DNA of 19,001 bases. Origin: Promethearchaeota archaeon (GTDB taxonomy: Archaea > Asgardarchaeota > Heimdallarchaeia > Hodarchaeales > Hodarchaeaceae). Both the position numbers and the translations under genes were made by a program. The notes beneath the pieces were generated by a model. The model saw nothing but the letters and a program-made list of their open reading frames with translations, did no database searches and had not been told where the DNA came from. The stretch lies in assembly GCA_048939725.1 (NCBI GenBank), contig JBHLPG010000056.1, forward strand, positions 1 through 19,001. The letters are read 5' to 3'. This document shows, piece by piece, positions 17,886 through 19,001 of this stretch (position 1 is the first letter of the stretch; the number at the start of each line of letters is the position of its first letter).

Positions 17886-18752
17886 ATGGGAATAGAAGAT
17901 GGTATTAAGAATATCCAACAGATGACAATAGAGAATAAGCAATCCCTTAATAGAATTAAAGATGTTGTAAGCTCACTTCAAGGATTTCAAGATCCTTCTG
18001 AATCAATCCAAAAGCTCTCAATGGTAATACTTGGTTTTGAAGAAAACATTAATTCCTTGCTTAAACTAGTTGAATCCTCTCGAATAAGTTCAGAGTTACA
18101 ATCTTCAATTGAAAGCCTTCCTCAAATGATCTCAAGCTTAGAGGAATCACTTGGTAAGATTCTTAGTACTTTTGAAAAAACTTCTGAAGAAACAAAAAAT
18201 GATTTAAAATTTATAAAAGTCAGTTACGTTGAAGACGTTGTTGGAAATATGCGTAATTTATCTAACAAAATTACTGAAGAGGTGGGTGGTTCCAACAACA
18301 GAATTACCGCGTTATATGAAGCAACAGTTGACCATTTTGGGGAAATAGTGGAAAAACTTAACAATGTTGAAAGTAGTTTAAACGCTCTAGTTGAGAATCA
18401 AGCAGATCAATTAGCCACAGTAGCAGATCTCAGGGATCGTGTTAGTGCAATCATTCAGGTTGAGTTAGCATCACTAAGAGATCGAATTGCAATATATCTT
18501 GAGACATCGATAAATGAGTTAAAAACATCAGTAACAGAACGCTTGGCTACCCAGGATGGTACTCTTCAAAACTTGACAAACGTCACCCGACAATTAACCC
18601 AGAACATTAATGCTTTACCTGAATTAGTAAAACAGCAAATAGAAGCAGCAGTTGAAACAAGAGTCACCACTGAACTCACTTCAATGGAAAAAGAAATGAA
18701 AAAGATGACTGCTTTTATTATCAGGGCCATGAAAGACAAAGATTCTTCATGA
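17886..18752 (+). CDS. Coiled-coil protein (uncharacterised)
   Basis: 288-aa ORF, ATG preceded by GAGGTAAGAAT (SD-like). Long heptad-like stretches such as LATVADLRDRVSAIIQVELASLRDRIAIYLETSINELKTSVTERLATQ. Confidence 0.85.
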   Translation: MGIEDGIKNIQQMTIENKQSLNRIKDVVSSLQGFQDPSESIQKLSMVILGFEENINSLLKLVESSRISSELQSSIESLPQMISSLEESLGKILSTFEKTSEETKNDLKFIKVSYVEDVVGNMRNLSNKITEEVGGSNNRITALYEATVDHFGEIVEKLNNVESSLNALVENQADQLATVADLRDRVSAIIQVELASLRDRIAIYLETSINELKTSVTERLATQDGTLQNLTNVTRQLTQNINALPELVKQQIEAAVETRVTTELTSMEKEMKKMTAFIIRAMKDKDSS

Positions 18753-19001
18753 TTCAGTAACGATTCGTTCAAAATTATACGCTTCAAATAGCCCTCGCTC
18801 TGTTAAGTATTTGAATAAATCAAGAATCTTCTCGCCATTATCCGTACCAAAACGTTCTAGACAATCATTGAAAGAAACCATGCTGTTTTTATCTAACATA
18901 TCATCAATTAATTCATCAAGGCTTTCCTGAGGAATATCATCCTGAATTTCTAGAGTTTTAGGAAATTCTTTGTAAAATGAATATAGCTTCCCCCCACGAG
19001 G
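18747..19001 (-). CDS. 3' end of a hypothetical protein gene running off the right edge (5' end outside the window)
   Basis: Reverse-complement frame is open for 84 codons: PRGGKLYSFYKEFPKTLEIQDDIPQESLDELIDDMLDKNSMVSFNDCLERFGTDNGEKILDLFKYLTERGLFEAYNFERIVTES followed by TGA. Not in the ORF track, presumably because it is partial. Confidence 0.6.
   Translation of the reverse strand, partial: PRGGKLYSFYKEFPKTLEIQDDIPQESLDELIDDMLDKNSMVSFNDCLERFGTDNGEKILDLFKYLTERGLFEAYNFERIVTES

Noticed and set aside
17718-17942. 74-aa minus-strand ORF across the intergenic gap
   Set aside because: Overlaps the ends of two well-supported plus-strand genes and crosses AT-rich non-coding DNA; no motifs.
18566-18787. 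73-aa minus-strand ORF
   Set aside because: Antisense to the 288-aa coiled-coil gene and out of frame with the more convincing partial minus CDS at 18747-19001.
1-19001. CRISPR array, transposon or phage cassette
   Set aside because: No regularly spaced identical repeats, transposase, integrase or terminal inverted repeats seen; the window looks chromosomal.

Overview
This 19,001-nt window is gene-dense and archaeal-looking. The combination of Roadblock-like, Arf-like GTPase, CDC48, EndoQ, Nre and ribose-1,5-bisphosphate isomerase genes suggests an Asgard archaeon, but that is inference. Left part (+ strand): a possible partial 5S rRNA at the contig edge, a Roadblock/LC7-like protein, a zinc-ribbon protein, an uncharacterised protein with a possible longin/profilin-like N-terminus, endonuclease Q (EndoQ) next to an Nre-family repair protein with a C-terminal PIP box, and a small acidic protein. 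Middle: ribose-1,5-bisphosphate isomerase (-), an Arf-like GTPase with a C-terminal extension domain (+), CDC48/p97-type AAA+ ATPase (-) and a CinA/MoCF-domain protein (-). The Arf-like gene's P-loop lies upstream of the ORF-track start, and there is no ATG/GTG/TTG in frame with it. Right part (11.8-18.75 kb, +), the main candidate for something new: a four-gene cluster with (i) a 1171-aa helical repeat/coiled-coil protein, (ii) a divergent tubulin/FtsZ-superfamily GTPase with a GGGTGCG T4 signature and a DxxD T7-like motif, (iii) a 353-aa helical protein with a disordered N-terminus and one hydrophobic segment, and (iv) a 288-aa coiled-coil protein. This looks like a self-contained, possibly membrane-associated cytoskeletal or membrane-remodelling module. 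Its function is inferred only.
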